NCBI RefSeq assembly: GCF_004010195.1
Contig: NC_057751.1
Location: 13,151,659 to 13,215,658 of the forward strand
Length of the DNA: 64,000 bases
From: Chiloscyllium plagiosum
Taxonomy: Eukaryota
Reading direction: 5' to 3'
The notes under the pieces were generated by a model. That model saw only the letters and a list, made by a program, of their open reading frames with translations. It did not search any database and had not been told where the DNA came from. A program made the translations under genes and the position numbers. Within the stretch, counting starts at the first letter, position 1; each line of letters starts with the position of its first letter. Positions 38,257 through 51,949 of the stretch are shown here, in pieces.

Positions 38257-38904
38257 GTAATATGTTCTCCATCACATTTCAGTGCACCCTTTATATTGCT
38301 GACCTCAGGAATTTAAATATTAATGTATACTACATTTCATCTGTTGTGTATACAATCTAGTCACCAGTTTGAGTTGTTAATGTTATGCAGATTGCACAAG
38401 TTGAGGAAGTATAATATCATGATGAATTCCAGGATGAATTTCAGATCTGGAATCAGTACGCCACAGGGTTTCTTTGTCTAATGTAGCATGAACTCTTCCC
38501 GTTCACCTTTTTCTATTCTCTACATTGACCTTGTTTATTTTGCCCCGCTATGTGCAGTTCTGCATTGAACTTGTTAAATTTGAGAACGCTTGCAGTACAG
38601 ATCTATTATCGAGACAGAATGCTGATGACCTCAATGGTGTTCATCATTGTGTCCTTGTTTCCAAAATACAGTTGTATTATACAGTAAGATGATTGACATC
38701 GTTGACCAAATTGAGGAAGACATGAAAATATCTCTTTCCTGGAATCAACAAAGCCAAAACTAAATTTGTGCATGATAATGACTATAGGAAGGCTTCTATT
38801 TCCTCTAGGTGATGAGTTTGTTTATGTTTTGATGTGCACACACACAACTGCATCACATGCTGCAGTTAGTAATGTGCCATTTCTACATTAAATTATCCCA
38901 AGAA

Positions 38905-41900
38905 ACACACAAAATAGGAGCTGTAGTCAACCATTCAGCCCTTAAAGCCTGCTTCACCATTCATTATAATCATATCTGATCATCCAAATCTTCTTTTCCC
39001 CCGATATCCTTCTGATGTCTTTAGCCCCAAGCGCTTTATCCAAATCCTTGAAATTGTGCAGTGTTTTGGCCTTGACTGTTTTCTGTGGTAGCGAATACAA
39101 TAACTAACCACTCTCGGTAAATAAATTTCTCAGCTTAGTCTTCAGTTTCCCACCAGCTGCAAAAATTGGGAACATCCTTCCTCCATCTGTGCTGTCCAAT
39201 CCTATTAGGATTTTATCATTTTCTGTGAGATCCACTTCCACACCCTCAGTTCCTCCTGCTTTTAACTCCAGTAGATATAATCCTACCCGATTCAACCCTT
39301 CCCCATATGTCAGTCGTGCGATCCTAGGAATGAGTGGGATACATCTTTTGCTGCCCTCAGATAATGAGACCAAAACTCTGCACAGTATTCCAGATGTGGC
39401 CTTACCAAGGTACTTTCAAGTTGTAGCATAATTTCACTGCTCCAGAACTGAAATTCTCTTGTTTTGAAGTCCAGCATAGCATTTGCTGCCATGATCATTT
39501 GGTGAATCTGCATGCGTGTTTTCAGTGACCGGTGGATGAGAACACCCAGTTCTCAGCACATTCCCTCAAACAATTTCTAGCCATTCAAATAATAATGCAC
39601 CTTGCTACCAATGTAGATCACCTCACATTTATCCACGTAATACTGCTTCCTCCTCACAACTCACCCTCCCACCCAATTTTGTGTCATTTGCAATTTGGAT
39701 AGAGTACATTTATTTCCTCCTTCTAAATATTAATGTGTATTCTGAATAGCAGGGCCTTAGCACTGGTCCTGCAGTCCCCCACGAGTCACTGCGTGCTATT
39801 TAGAAAAAGTCTTGTTTATTCTTCCTCTTTTTGTTTCCTGTCTGCCAACTAGTTTTGTTGAACTGAATACACTGACCCAATTGCATGAGCTTCAATTTGA
39901 CATGGTAACATCTTCCACAGTACCTCTTCTGACAACCTCGAAGAATTCCAGGAGACCTGTCAAACAGTTTTCCCTCTCTTATACGTATGCTGACTCTGAC
40001 TGATCTTACCATTGCGATCCAAGTGCACAGCTATTAAACCTATGACAACGGACTCTTGTAATTTTCCCCGTTGCCGATGTCAGGATGACTGGTTTATAAT
40101 TCTTATTTTACTCTTAGCCTCCCTCTCTCTCTTCAAATAGAGAAGCTGCATTAGCTACCCTCTAATCTGTAGGAAGTCTTTGAGTCCAAAAAATCTTTGA
40201 AGATGACCACCAATGCATGCATTATTTCTAGGGCCACTTTTTTTTTGGAATATAGATTATCACACCCTGGATTGGCCTTTTATCCCATCAATTTCACCAA
40301 AGCTATTTTCCTACTCGTATAAATTTCCTTCATTCCTCCTCCTCATCATTAAATGCTTTGTTTCATATTTCTGGTCTGTTATTTGTGTCTTCCTTTGTGA
40401 ACACAGACAAAAGTAGGTATTCATTTGGTCAGTATTTTCTTTGTTCTCCATTACAAATTTCCATGTTTATGATTGTATGGTTATCTACATTTTGTATTTA
40501 CCAATCTATCTCTTGTCATGTTCCTATAGAAACTTTGACAGTCAGTTTTTAACATACCCACAAATTCATTCTTGGACTCAATTTTCTCATTTGGAATGAA
40601 TACTTTTGTCTTCCTTTTCTGAATTCTGAACTCCATTCGTCAACTTGTTTTTGTTTTAGAATCAATTTGTATGCCTCTTCTTTGGATCTAATACTGTGTC
40701 TGGTTTCCCATGGTTTATCCAAATTTGCCTTTTTTTACTTCTGTGCTTGGCATGAGTGAACAATTGTTGCACTTCACTTGGGCTCTTTGAATGTTTGCCA
40801 TTGCTTTTGCATCACTATCTGTTTATGTCAACACCTCTTGCCATCCCAATTTTCTCCATTTACACTGAGAATCCTAGTCTCAGAATCAACTGCATAACTG
40901 TCCAAATTAATCAATCCTATTATGATCACTCCTCCCAAAAGGGCCTTGTACAACCAGTTTGCCAAGTATTTCTTTCTCATTACACTACCAAGTCAAGGAT
41001 GACATTTTTACTAGGTGGTTTCTCAGTGTATTGGTCCAAAAAACCATCATGTAAAGACTCCCAAGAAGTCCTCCTCTATGGTATTGTAACTAATTTGCTT
41101 TGCTTAGATATATGGAGTTTAAAGACACCCATAATTACATATAAGTTTGTTGGATGCATCTCTATAGACAACTGCCCCAAAAAATTGTTGCCCTTAGCAT
41201 TTCTCAGTTCTATCCATAAAGAAGCCTCACTAACATCTTGTACAACCTCAACATAACATCCCAACTTGTATACTCAAAGGTCTGAGCATTGAAGGCAAGT
41301 GTGTTAAATTCCTTCTTAACCACCCTATTTATGACACAGACTTCAAAGAATTATGCATCTGAATCCCTAGGTCTCTCTGTTCTACAACACTACCCAAGAC
41401 CCTACTTTTATATAAGACCTGCCCTTGTTTTGCATTTCGGTAAAACAAATCATACATTAAAATAAATTAAACTCTATCTGCCACACATTAGCCCTTTGAC
41501 CCAATTGATCAAGATCTTTTTAATCTCAGATGACGTTCACTGTCACTGCACGACCAATTTTGTTTTCATCTGCAGACTTCGTAACCGTACCTTCTACATT
41601 TGTATAAATGACAAATAAAAGTGGACCCTGCACCAATCCCTGTGGAACATCACTGATCACAGGATTCCAGGCTGGAAAGCAACCATCCACCACTCTCTGT
41701 TCTTGACTTTAATTCCCCTTCCTTTGATTTCCTGGTTCCCATTTCCATGCCATTTAACGCCTCCCAACTACTCTCTCGCTATTACTCTACACGTCAGTCT
41801 CTTTTCTGCTCAGATGTAACCCATCCAGTTTGACTGCTCCACATCCTGTAGAACCAGTCCTCATTCCTCAGGAATCTGAAACGGTCCCCTGCGGACCATC

Positions 41901-42720
41901 TCTTCAATCACATGTTTATCTGATGTATCCTGCTATTTTGACTTTGACTAACACATGACACTGGTGGTAATCCTGAGATCACTACCTTGGAGATTCTTTT
42001 TCCTGATTTACTTCCTTACTCCCATTTTTCTGCTCTTGGGGCGTATGTGTTTTTTTTTCTTTTGTAACTGATATGATATATACCAAGACCACTGTTTACT
42101 CTGCCCCTCCAGAATGTTCTGCAGCTGCTCTGAGACACCTTTGACACCAGCATCAGGGAGGCAACATACCATGAACAAAAACAGAAATTGGTGGAAAACT
42201 CAGCAGGTCTGGCAGCATCTGTGGGGAGAAAACAGAATTAACATTTCGGGTCCAATGATCCTCCTTCGGTTCAGTTGTGGAGGGTCACTCGATGTGAAAC
42301 ATTACCTCTGCTTTCTCTCCACAGATGCTGCCAGACCTGCTGAATTTTTGCAGTAATTTCTGTTTTTGTTTGACTTCCAGCATCTGCATTTTTTGTGGTT
42401 GTTTAGTGAGCCAATATACTGGACAAGAGTCTTATTTGCAGGCAAAGAAATCTCTGTCTATTCTTTTTACAATTGAATCCCATGGAAGTATTGCATTCAC
42501 ACATTTGTTGTTTGTCCTATATGCAGCAGAGTCAACCATGTTGCATTGATTTTGAATGTTGCTCCATTCCTCTGAAAGGCCACTCCTGTCAACAGTATCC
42601 AAAGTGGTATATCTGTTTTGTAGGGGAACAGCCAAGACATTCGTGCACGACCTGCCTGGTTCTGTTGCTCAACCTAGTGGTTACCCATTTCCTTCCTGCC
42701 TGTGGAGTCTGAGCCTGTGA
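38905..42720 (-). mobile_element. Old degenerate CR1 LINE(s), mosaic
   Basis: Minus remnants LVRPHLEYC, APE (SLWIELRN), second RT piece ~41250-41700, ORF1 (VPLQNRYTTL, DSIVKRIDR). Confidence 0.75.
42171..42400. mobile_element. Older palindromic PLE-derived element with decayed hammerhead cores
   Basis: Arms AACAAAAACAGAAATTG...CAGCAGGTCTGGCAGCATCTGTGG and CCACAGATGCTGCCAGACCTGCTG...TTTCTGTTTTTGTT; tail TCCAGCATCTGCA on right arm only. Confidence 0.75.
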
Positions 42721-42939
42721 TGAGACTACCACTACTACCACTAGCACAACCCCCCCCCCCCCCCATATGCTTTCAACGATGTTCCATAGGGCCCCCGCAG
42801 CCTCTTCAGCTCTAAAACAAAGGCTTCAGGAGATCATTCTTGCACGTAGGCTGGCTGTGGGGACTCAAACTGTGCCCAAACACCCACACCACAGATTTCA
42901 GTGCTCTTGCCATGATTTACCCCTTGAAATTAAATGTTT

Positions 42940-43215
42940 ATAAATTTAAGAATAAGGAGTAAGCCATTCAGGACTGAGATGAGGAAGATTTTCTTCACTC
43001 AAGAAAACCTGTGGAATTCTTTACAACAGAAAGCTGTTGGGATACGTTTGTTAGATATATTCAAGAGTGAGTTGGGAGTGGCCCTTGTGGCGAAAGGGAT
43101 CAAGGGATATGGAGCGAAAGCGGGAGTGGGATACTGAAATTGTATGATCAGCCATCATCACATTACAGGCTCAAAGGGCCAAATAGCCTACTCCTACACC
43201 TATTTTCTATGTTTT
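42940..43215 (+). mobile_element. CR1 3' end fragment
   Basis: FRTEMRKIFFTQ..LWNSL C-terminal motif and CR1-type tail. Confidence 0.8.
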
Positions 43216-43699
43216 GGAAGATGCATTATTTTAAATACTTGTGGGCCCTTATTCACTGGTTATCTTTATTATGCCATGTAATTTTTACCAACTATAAAAG
43301 GACCAAAAAAAAAGCAAAAAGTACCTATTCCCCTCTGCAAGGAATTCCCACTGTTTTAAATTCCAAAAAAACACACACACACTGGCTGTGCTCTGCCCTG
43401 ACTGGTCTTGTGGAGCTTGTCAGTAGAGATGCATGAATACCAGAAGGAGTGTTCATCTATCCATTTTTCGCAATGGATAAATTGAGCAAAAACATCCCTC
43501 TGCTGTTTTGGGGAAGTACTGTCGAGAAAGTTACAGCCAGAATCTTTCTTAACTTGCTCTTTTTCGATCAATTCAACTTGGTTTGCTTTTAAAAATTAAA
43601 CTTCACTGTCAGAAAAGTCTTATTCTGGATGTCAACATATCCCTGCATCTCAAAATTGCTTCCTCTGATGCAACAACAGCATTAGACAAGGATAATTTT

Positions 43700-43810
43700 C
43701 AAGTCAAAACCGACATTGCTGGAGAAACTCAGCAAATCTGGCAGCATCTGTGGGGAGAGAAAGAGTTCATGTTTCAGGTCTGGTATGACTTGTGTAAAAC
43801 TGAGAGGAGC
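43700..43810 (-). mobile_element. Degenerate PLE terminal fragment
   Basis: TTGCTGGAGAAACTCAGCAAATCTGGCAGCATCTGTGG matches left arm of 42171. Confidence 0.6.
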
Positions 43811-44017
43811 TGGTTCATGCCGGTTTCCACGCTTGTGAACAAATGGGAGAATGATTACTCTGATTCTGAGTGGAACAGATGGTGACAGTGTCCACAGCAA
43901 AGGCCAAAGGAAGGACCAATGGTGGTGAAGGAGCAGTATAGTTGTGAACTAGTGGAGGTGCTAGGTGTTGAAATGAGAAAATTCCAGGTGTTAAAATGAC
44001 AAAATTAATCCACTCAG

Positions 44018-44426
44018 GAGGCGATGGCCGAATGATATTATCACTAAGCTATTTAATCCAGAAACTCAGCTAATGTTCTGGGGACCCGGGTTTGAATCCT
44101 GCCAGGGAGGACAGTAGAAATTGAATTCAGAGGGGAAAAAAAATCTGGAATTAATAATCTACTGATGACCAGGAAACCATTGAGGAAAAAATCCATCTAG
44201 TTTACTAGTGTCATTCAGGGAAGGAAATCTGCCATCCTCACCTGGTCTGGCCTATATATGACTCCTGACCCACACCATGAGTTTGATTTTTCAATTGCTC
44301 CCTGAAGTGGCCAAGCAAGCCATTGAGTTGTACTAATCGCTACAAAGTCTCTTCAACGGCAAATAAGTATTGGCGATAAATGCTGGCCAGCCAATAATGC
44401 CCATAAACTATAAAGAAATAAAAAAA
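44018..44426 (+). mobile_element. SacSINE/Deu-domain type tRNA SINE
   Basis: B-box-like GGGTTTGAATCC; core CAGGGAAGGAAATCTGCCATCCTCACCTGGTCTGGCC; tail ATAAATGCTGGCC...A-rich; family name from recall. Confidence 0.65.
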
Positions 44427-44843
44427 CTCAGTAGTGAGCAAAGTCAACAAGGCACAATCTAAACACAGCAGGAGTGTTGTAATCAAGTGAAGGACGGTGA
44501 TTGTGTGATACAATTGTTGATCTTGAATCCCAAAAGCTGTAAAGTGGTGAAGTTTTTTAAAAAAAAAACCATTGTGTTCTTTCTCCAGCTTGCATTGAGC
44601 TTCATTGGAACAAGTTTTAGTTAAATGGGGTTATCAAATGAAGCATTTTACTTGAAAGTGTCCTTAAGAGCCCAGGGATAAGTCTGTATAAATCTGTTCA
44701 GCTCACGTAGAGCTTTGAGACTTGAGGAATCATTCATATTTTTGTTCCAATAGCATATACTTCAGCTTTTGGTTGGTTTATTTCTGCTAATATTTTTGAC
44801 AATCCATCTTGTTCTGACTAAGTTTTCTCCTCTTCCCTTTCAG

Positions 44844-44921
44844 GAATTTAATTTGATTGACAGGAAAGAGCTTGCTCCACTCCAAGATCTAATTGAAAAG
44901 CTTGGATCAAAAGACAGATGA
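44844..44921 (+). CDS. MOB1A: MOB1A exon 6 (coding part)
   Basis: EFNLIDRKELAPLQDLIEKLGSKDR*; polypyrimidine-CAG acceptor. Confidence 0.96.
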   Translation, partial: EFNLIDRKELAPLQDLIEKLGSKDR

Positions 44922-46642
44922 ATGTTCTTCAAGAATTGAAACCATTTTTTCCACATCAGCGTGATCTTAGTGCTTCTCTTTTTCTACCTTCAAGATCCCC
45001 ATTTCCTGCACATACACAGTATGATGTGTGATCATTGTGAGCATGCTCTGTGGAAAAATCCATTGTCTCTGTAATTGTTAAATAGTACTTCAATATTTAG
45101 GATGAATAACCTTTGGATAAACAAGTCAATAAGCTGTTGGTTCTAGCCAGATGTCAGTGTTCTGAAGACATTGCCAATCAGCCATGTTGAAAGATTCAAA
45201 GGTGCCCAAACATTCTACATGATCATTTAAAGGATATGGCAGTATTGATTTTGTTTTCCTCTAGGTGTGACTAGCAGACTTAGCAAAATGTGTTGGTTAA
45301 AGCATGCTAAAGACATTTAGGGAGGAGAAAACTATTGCTGCGTTAGTTTGATACTCAGATTCTTGATGGATGGGTTTGTAGTTTGGATTCCTGGTTTCTG
45401 CATGCTCCATCTTCTTGTGCTTTTATTTGAGGAAACATGGAAAACTAATTTGATTCCTGTCCTCAAATTAAAAGCAAACTGGAACTTGTGCAGATTGAAT
45501 GTATGTTTTGAATGGGTTGATTTGCAGTGTGACTGCAGGTTGTTCACACTGCAAATAGATCAATTAATTGTAGACTAGTTAATTGTACACAGTCTCTAAA
45601 TGTACTTCTTGGATTTAAAAGACAGTGGAAAAACTTTTGTACTTTGTTGATGCATACATATACATTTATACATTAATCTCTAATGATGTTAAAGAAGCTT
45701 TGATTCAGTGGGGCATGTTTTCCATGTCTTAGGCTGACAGTACAGCAATTTGAAGTTGAGAAATTTTCAAAATCTTTACTCTAAATTACTCTACTTAGGT
45801 TTCAGTTAATTGCTTCACAAGAGTGATTGGTTTTAAATTGAAGGCACATGTTCAAATTGTTTTGCTTGAAGAATGTTAGAGTAGGACAGTGACATACAAG
45901 AGAAAGTACCACTAGTTGATGTTTTTTTAACCTTCAAAAATTGCCTATGAAATACATGTACCGAGCTGTCAATATACTGTCTGTAACCAGCTGATGATTG
46001 TAAGAATTTACTGTTGTCATTTAAACGTTTTTCTATTGTTTGGTTTCTGACAATGCATTTTCTGAACCACTTTTTGGAATTTCTAAATCGCCAGTCAGTT
46101 TGACTCTTGTGACTGTAATTTTGGATTATATCACAGAGCATGTACGATTGCATATTGTGAAAACTGTGTTGCCTTTATTTCTTATGTTATTAGATGCACT
46201 TTGGGGACTGTGCCCAGTTGCCTTAACTAGACTACTTTTTCAAAACTTGGTCAGTCATGCTTTAATATTGAATATTTTTTTTAATGTTTTTACACACAAG
46301 GTGAATAAGAAACTTTGCAGCAGGATATAACTTTTTAACCTGTGATTGCATAATAGCAATAGTCATGGGGCAAGGGGGTCTTTTTTTTTAAGAATCTAGC
46401 AATAATGTGCTTTAAGTAAATGGCATTTTTTTTTATATTTTTAAATATCATTGTCCAAATATGGGTGACTACTGAAAATAACCACCTGCTAGGTCTAAGC
46501 ATTTTAAATTGTATTTTGCTGCGGTCAAAGCTCTGGAATAGTTTCCCTGTTTAATGGTTGAGAAGAATTGAACAGTCTTGGCATTTAAGTCACTTGCATT
46601 CTTATTATCAAGTATTGCTGTTAGTTCTTTTCTGTTGAGCAC

Positions 46643-46648
46643 AATAAA
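46643..46648 (+). terminator. Candidate MOB1A polyadenylation signal (3' UTR ~1.7 kb)
   Basis: AATAAA after a repeat-free AT-rich stretch downstream of the stop. Confidence 0.5.
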
Positions 46649-47224
46649 AAGGTTGAGGAGGTTTACAACTGAACTCCAAGTTTGAAGTACAAGTTGAGTG
46701 AAATTTTGTTAATGTTAGGATCTTCTTAATTTCACAAACCAGGAAGAATTCCAATTTTTCAATCATAATGTATCCAATGAACTATCCTGTACAAAAGCTT
46801 CCTTCAACTTTGGTTATTATCATTGTAACCATGTTCTCCGTGTGGTCATTTCATATCATGTAGGATTGAGAACTGGAAATTAAACTGTCCATTATGCAAC
46901 TGAAGAGGCATACGATGGAATTACAAGAGTTCAGAATGAATTTAAGGGTGGGAGAATTTATCTTACCTAACCAATTCAAGATCAACAATGATTGTTCACT
47001 TTATGAATGAATATTAATCCAGCATAATTGTCTTTCTGATCGATGAACTAAAGTTATACGGATGAAGAACACTTTTCTATAATGTGAATCCTGACTTGCA
47101 AGTCAGGGTGGAATACATTTTTATGACTTTAAAAGCTGTATTGTAAATCTTGACTTTTCTTTCTAACAGAAATCTAGGATTGAATAACTACCACTTCTGA
47201 ATTTTGGTACAGTGTAATTTATAT

Positions 47225-47545
47225 AGAATATAGATTCCCTACAGTGTGGAAACTGTAGCTTCGGCTCAACAAGTCCTCACCAACCCTCCGAAGAGTAACC
47301 CACCCATTTCCCCAATCCTACTACTCTACATTTACCCCTTACTAATGCATCTAATGTACATGCCCCTGAACACTATGGGCAATTTAATATGGCCAATTAA
47401 CCAAACCTGCACATCTTTGGATTGTGGGAGGAGACCGGAGCACCCTGAGGAGACCCACGCAGACACAGGGAAAATGGGCAAACTCCACACAGACAGGCGC
47501 ACGAGGCTGGAATCCCTGGCGCTGTGAGACACCGTGCTGCCCATT
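47225..47545 (-). mobile_element. HE1-type SINE
   Basis: Similar to 62101-62425. Confidence 0.85.
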
Positions 47546-48439
47546 CCTAAGGTGAGTCCATGTCTGGCAGGGACTGGATAATTAGGGAAGGACGTAATGA
47601 ACATTTTTTTTTGACTGGAGTTACACTTAAAATGTTTCAAACAATGCTTAATGCTGCAGCAATGTAAGCTATAAAGTGGTAAATTCAAAAACTGCATACT
47701 GTTGAGAGTTCTTCCACTGAAGTGAATCAGCATTCAATGCTTTTTAACACGTACATTCTAGAAGTTTTCGGAGTGCCCATGATTTGAAAGGAAAACTTAT
47801 TTGTAAAGCATAAGCTTGAGTTAACTGTTCTGATACCAGGTGGCTTTTGTTGAATGGTGGCCGGATGCAGTTTTTGTTTTGATACATGTCAGAAAAGGTA
47901 TTTATGGTTGATTATTGTATTGTCAGCTTGTGTAGTGCTGTTCTTGGAACGGTAGAATTCTATTCTTTATGCAAGAGGGAAGAGCTAGAATTGCTTAACC
48001 TTTCAAATCCTCTACACTAAGATAAATGACTGAAGTAGAATACAGCAATCTCAATCCAGTTGATGAGGTGTCGTGTTTTGATTCTCCTTGTAGAAAAAGG
48101 TGATGTTACACAGATATGAAGCTAAACATTGTTTCAATCCAGTTTTAGAAATATCAATAGTTTGGGCATGTTTGTCTGCAGAGCCTCATGGCAATAGTGA
48201 TGATGGTTACAGGAAACTAGTGTATGTTTGTAATTAACACACGAGTAATGTTCTTGAATTTACATTGTTGATACATAATTTGGATGGTTTAAACTGAGCT
48301 GAATAAGGTGCACTCTGGATTATTTTGCCTTTGTACGTGAGGTTTAGTTGAAGTTCATATTTTCACTTGGAGAGTAGTCAGAATTATGTTGAACTTAAGA
48401 GTGGTTTTCAAAACATGGCACATGAACTTGTACAGCATT

Positions 48440-49948
48440 TAGAGTCATAGAGGTGTACAGCACGGTAAAAGACCCTTTGGTCCAACTCGTCCAAGCCGAC
48501 CAGATATCCCAACACGATCTGGTCCCATCTGCAAACACCCGGCCCATATCACTCCAAACCCTTCCTTTTCATATCCCATCCAGATGCCTTTTAAATGTTG
48601 CAATCATACAAGCCTCCACACTTTCTCTGGCAGCTCATTCCATACACATACCACCCTCTGGGTGGAAAAGGTTGTCCCTTAGGTCTCTTTTATATCTTTT
48701 CCGTCTCACCCTAAACCTATGCCCTCTAGTTTTGAACTCCCCCACCCCAGGATGTTTGTCCGATTCATGCCCTTCATGATTTTATAAACCTCTATAAAGG
48801 TCACCCATCAACTTCTGAAGCTCCAGGGAAAATAGCCACAGCCTATTAACCTCTCCCGAGAGCTCAAATCCTTGTAAGTCTCTTCTGAACTCTTTCAAAT
48901 TTCACAACGTTTTTCCAATAGGAAGGAGACCACAATTGCACGCAATATTCCAAAAGTGGCCAAACTAATGTCCTGTACAGCCACAACATGACCTCCCAAC
49001 TCATGTACTCAATACTCTGACCAAAGGAAAGCATACCAAACGCCATCTTCACTATCCTATCTACCTGCGACTCCACTTTCAAGGAGCTATGAACCTGCAC
49101 TCCAAGATCTCTTTGTTCAGCAACACTCCCTAGGACTTTACCATTAAGTGTATAAGTCCTGCTAAGATTTGTTTTCCCAAAATGCAGCACCTCGCATTTA
49201 TCTAAATTAAAGTCTATCTTCCACTTCTCAGCCCATTGACCCATCTGATCAAGATCCCGTTGTGATCTGAGATCACCTTCTTCGCTGTCCAGTACACCTC
49301 CAATTTTGGTGTCATCTGCAAACTTACTAATTATACCTCTTATGCTCACATCCAAATCATTTATATAAATGACAAAAAGTAGTGTATCCAGCATCGATCC
49401 TTGTGGCACTCCGCTGGTCACAGGCCTCCACTCTGAAAAACAACCCTCCATCACCACCCTGTGTCTTCTACCTTTGAGCCAGTTCTGTATCCAAATGGCT
49501 AGTTTTCCCTGTAATCCATGAGATCTAACCTTGCTCACCAGTCTCCCATGGGGAACCTTGTCGAACACTTTACTGAAGTCCATATAGATCACGCGCACCA
49601 CTGTGCCCTCATCAATCCTCTTTGTTACTTCTTCAAAAAAACTCAATCAAGTTTGTGAGACATGATTTCCCACGCACAAAGCCATGTTGACTATCCCTAA
49701 TCAGTCCTTGCCTTTCCAAATACATGTACATCCTGTCCCTCAGGATTCCCTCCAACAACTTGCCCACCACCGAGGTCAGGCTCACCGGTCTATAGTTCCC
49801 CGGCTTGTCTTTACCGCCCTTCTTAAACAGTGGCACCACGTTTGCCAACCTCCAGTCTTCCGGCACCTCACCTGTGACTATCGATGATTCAAATATCTCA
49901 GCAAGAGGCCCAGCAATCACTTCTCTAGATTCCCACAGAGTTCTCGGG
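48440..49948 (-). mobile_element. 5'-truncated CR1 LINE, RT domain
   Basis: ORFs 48864-49646 and 49633-49920: NYRPVSLTS, QHGF, DFSKVFD, GVPQGS, FADDTK. Confidence 0.95.
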
Positions 49949-49997
49949 TTTTGTAAGTGGCATTTTAGTTGTTGGGTTCAGTAACCTTTAGCCTAAG

Positions 49998-50106
49998 AGG
50001 CCAGGCAGCATCCGAGGAGCAGGAGAAATCGACGTTTCGGGCATAAGCCCTTCTTCAGGAATGAGGCTGGTGTGCCAAGCGGGCTGAGATAAAATGTTGG
50101 GGGGGG
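49998..50106 (-). mobile_element. Neptune-type PLE fragment with intact hammerhead motif (50031-50058)
   Basis: Minus: CUGAAGA-A-GGGC-uuau-GCCC-GAAAC-GUC; matches 54180-54275. Confidence 0.8.
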
Positions 50107-50322
50107 AAATATATTGATGCTAATTTCTTTGCATCGTTCCACATTGTTTTGTGACTGCTAATTCAATCCCGAATCATTATTTCAAGAAGTTTCTTTCCAC
50201 CAAACATGAGCTGACAACCCCAGCAATTAGGCCTATCTTCATACCCTAGTTCCAAAAATATTGGAAAGTTTTCAACTGTGCAATTCAAATCTCTATTCTT
50301 GCACGAGTCTATACCTGACATG

Positions 50323-50911
50323 AGCTGAAAATGTGTTGCTGGAAAAGCGCAGCAGGTCAGGCAGCATCCAGGGGACAGGAGAATCGACGTTTCGGGCATA
50401 AGCCCTTCTTCAGGCATGAGGAAAGTGTGTCCAGCAGGCTAAGATAAAAAGGTAGGGAGGAGGGACTTGGGGGAGGGGCATCGGAAATGCGATAGGTGGC
50501 AAGAGGTCAAGGTGAGGGTGATAGGTCAGACTGGGGTGGGGGCGGAGAGGTCAGGAAGAAGATTGACCTGCATATCCTTGGTGGAGTGGGAGGGGGAGTT
50601 GAAGTGTTGAGCCACAGGGTGGTTGGGTTGGTTGGTTGGTCCGGGTGTCCCAGAGGTGTTCTCTGAAATGCTCCACAAGTAGGCGGCCTGTCTCCCCAAT
50701 ATAGAGGAGGACACAGCGGGTGCAGAGGATACAATAGATGATGTGTGTGGAGGTGCAGATGAATCTGTGGCAGATATGGAAGTTTCCTGAAGAAGGGCAT
50801 GTGCCCGAAACGTCGAATCTTCTGTTCCCTGGACGCTACCTGACCTGCTGCGCTTTTCCAGCAACACATTTTCAGCTCTGATCTCCAGCATCTGCAGACC
50901 TCACTTTCTCC
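50323..50911. mobile_element. Neptune-type PLE, inverted arrangement, GIY-YIG remnant and two hammerhead motifs (50386-50413 minus, 50787-50814 plus)
   Basis: Minus translation CTSTHIIYCILCTRC..LYIGETGR..EHFREH...VAQHFN; 15-bp TSD TCTATACCTGACATG at 50308-50322 and 50912-50926. Confidence 0.9.
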
Positions 50912-50954
50912 TCTATACCTGACATGTTTGACGTTGAGGCTAGTGTATTTTTTT

Positions 50955-51215
50955 GGTTAGAGTAATAGATGTACAGCATGGAAATAGACCCTTCGATCCA
51001 ACTCGTCCAGGCCAACCAGATATCCCAACCCAATTTAGTCCCACCTGCCAGCACCTGGCCCATATTCTTCCATACCCTTCCTATTCATGTACCAATCCAG
51101 ACTTTTCTAAATGTTGTAATTGTACGAGCCTCTACCACTTCCTCTGGCAGCTCATTCCATACCCGTACCATCCTCTGCATGAAAAAGTTGCCTTGTAGGT
51201 CTCTTTTATATAGGT
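50955..51215 (-). mobile_element. CR1 3' end fragment
   Basis: FFMQRMVRVWNELPEEVVEA motif plus tail. Confidence 0.85.
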
Positions 51216-51949
51216 TATGGCAAATGCAATGTTTTTGTGCCTTTTCCCTTTTTGATCTCCACACCTGAGTCATTACACTAATGGAAAAATTGCAAATCAA
51301 AACTGTATGTCTACACAGATGAAAATGATACCATATTTCTCTGTATTTCCTGCCCCTATGTTTTCATGAGATCCCAGGCTAGGTCAAGTAAACTCCATCT
51401 TAATCTCTTGAGATTCCTCCTTATTTTGACAACGGATAGCTTCTTTCCTGTTGACGAGGCTGACGATCCATCCTTTCTACGCTTCCCGTATTTGAGAGCG
51501 TAAACTTTCTCAATTCCAATCGCTTGAAGATCTCTCCCTTGAAGATCTTGTAAAGTGAACCTTGCATGCTTACTGTACCTATTTTGATCACAACAGTAGA
51601 AGCATCCTTCATTGCACATCGCAGCACTCCCCACCTTGTCTACTTTCTGACAACACGTTGGATTCGGGCTTGTGGAAGGAATATGATTCTTTGCCATCAC
51701 TCATTTGTCTATTTTGAAACCCAAAGTCATGGTTGCGATCAATATTTACAAATGCAGGGGACGGTTGACATCTTATTACCGTTTCTGTAAAAGACTTAAG
51801 TGATATGTTCGTTCGGTCATGGAATGTACTCTATGCTGGCTTTGGTACACAATCGTTTTGGGTAGGGTAAGTATTCTAGTTTCTTGATACAACTACGCTG
51901 AATGAAAGCTAATCTAGTTCCAAGTTAGGCTGATGCGTAGCTTTAGGAG

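Larger units (their letters stand above)
19243..44921 (+). other. MOB1A: Gene span (start to stop) of MOB kinase activator 1A, 216 aa
   Basis: join(19243..19256,22976..23142,24411..24504,33554..33687,38093..38256,44844..44921) = 651 nt. MOB1A-type residues RQAVM, WIAVN, TEFC, GPR, DSVMQ, LGSKDR. Confidence 0.95.

Noticed and set aside
19243..44921. MOB1B as gene identity
   Set aside because: Diagnostic residues (RQAVM, WIAVN, DSVMQ, LGSKDR) match MOB1A
51356..51700. 114-aa minus ORF
   Set aside because: No recognisable domain or supporting exon structure
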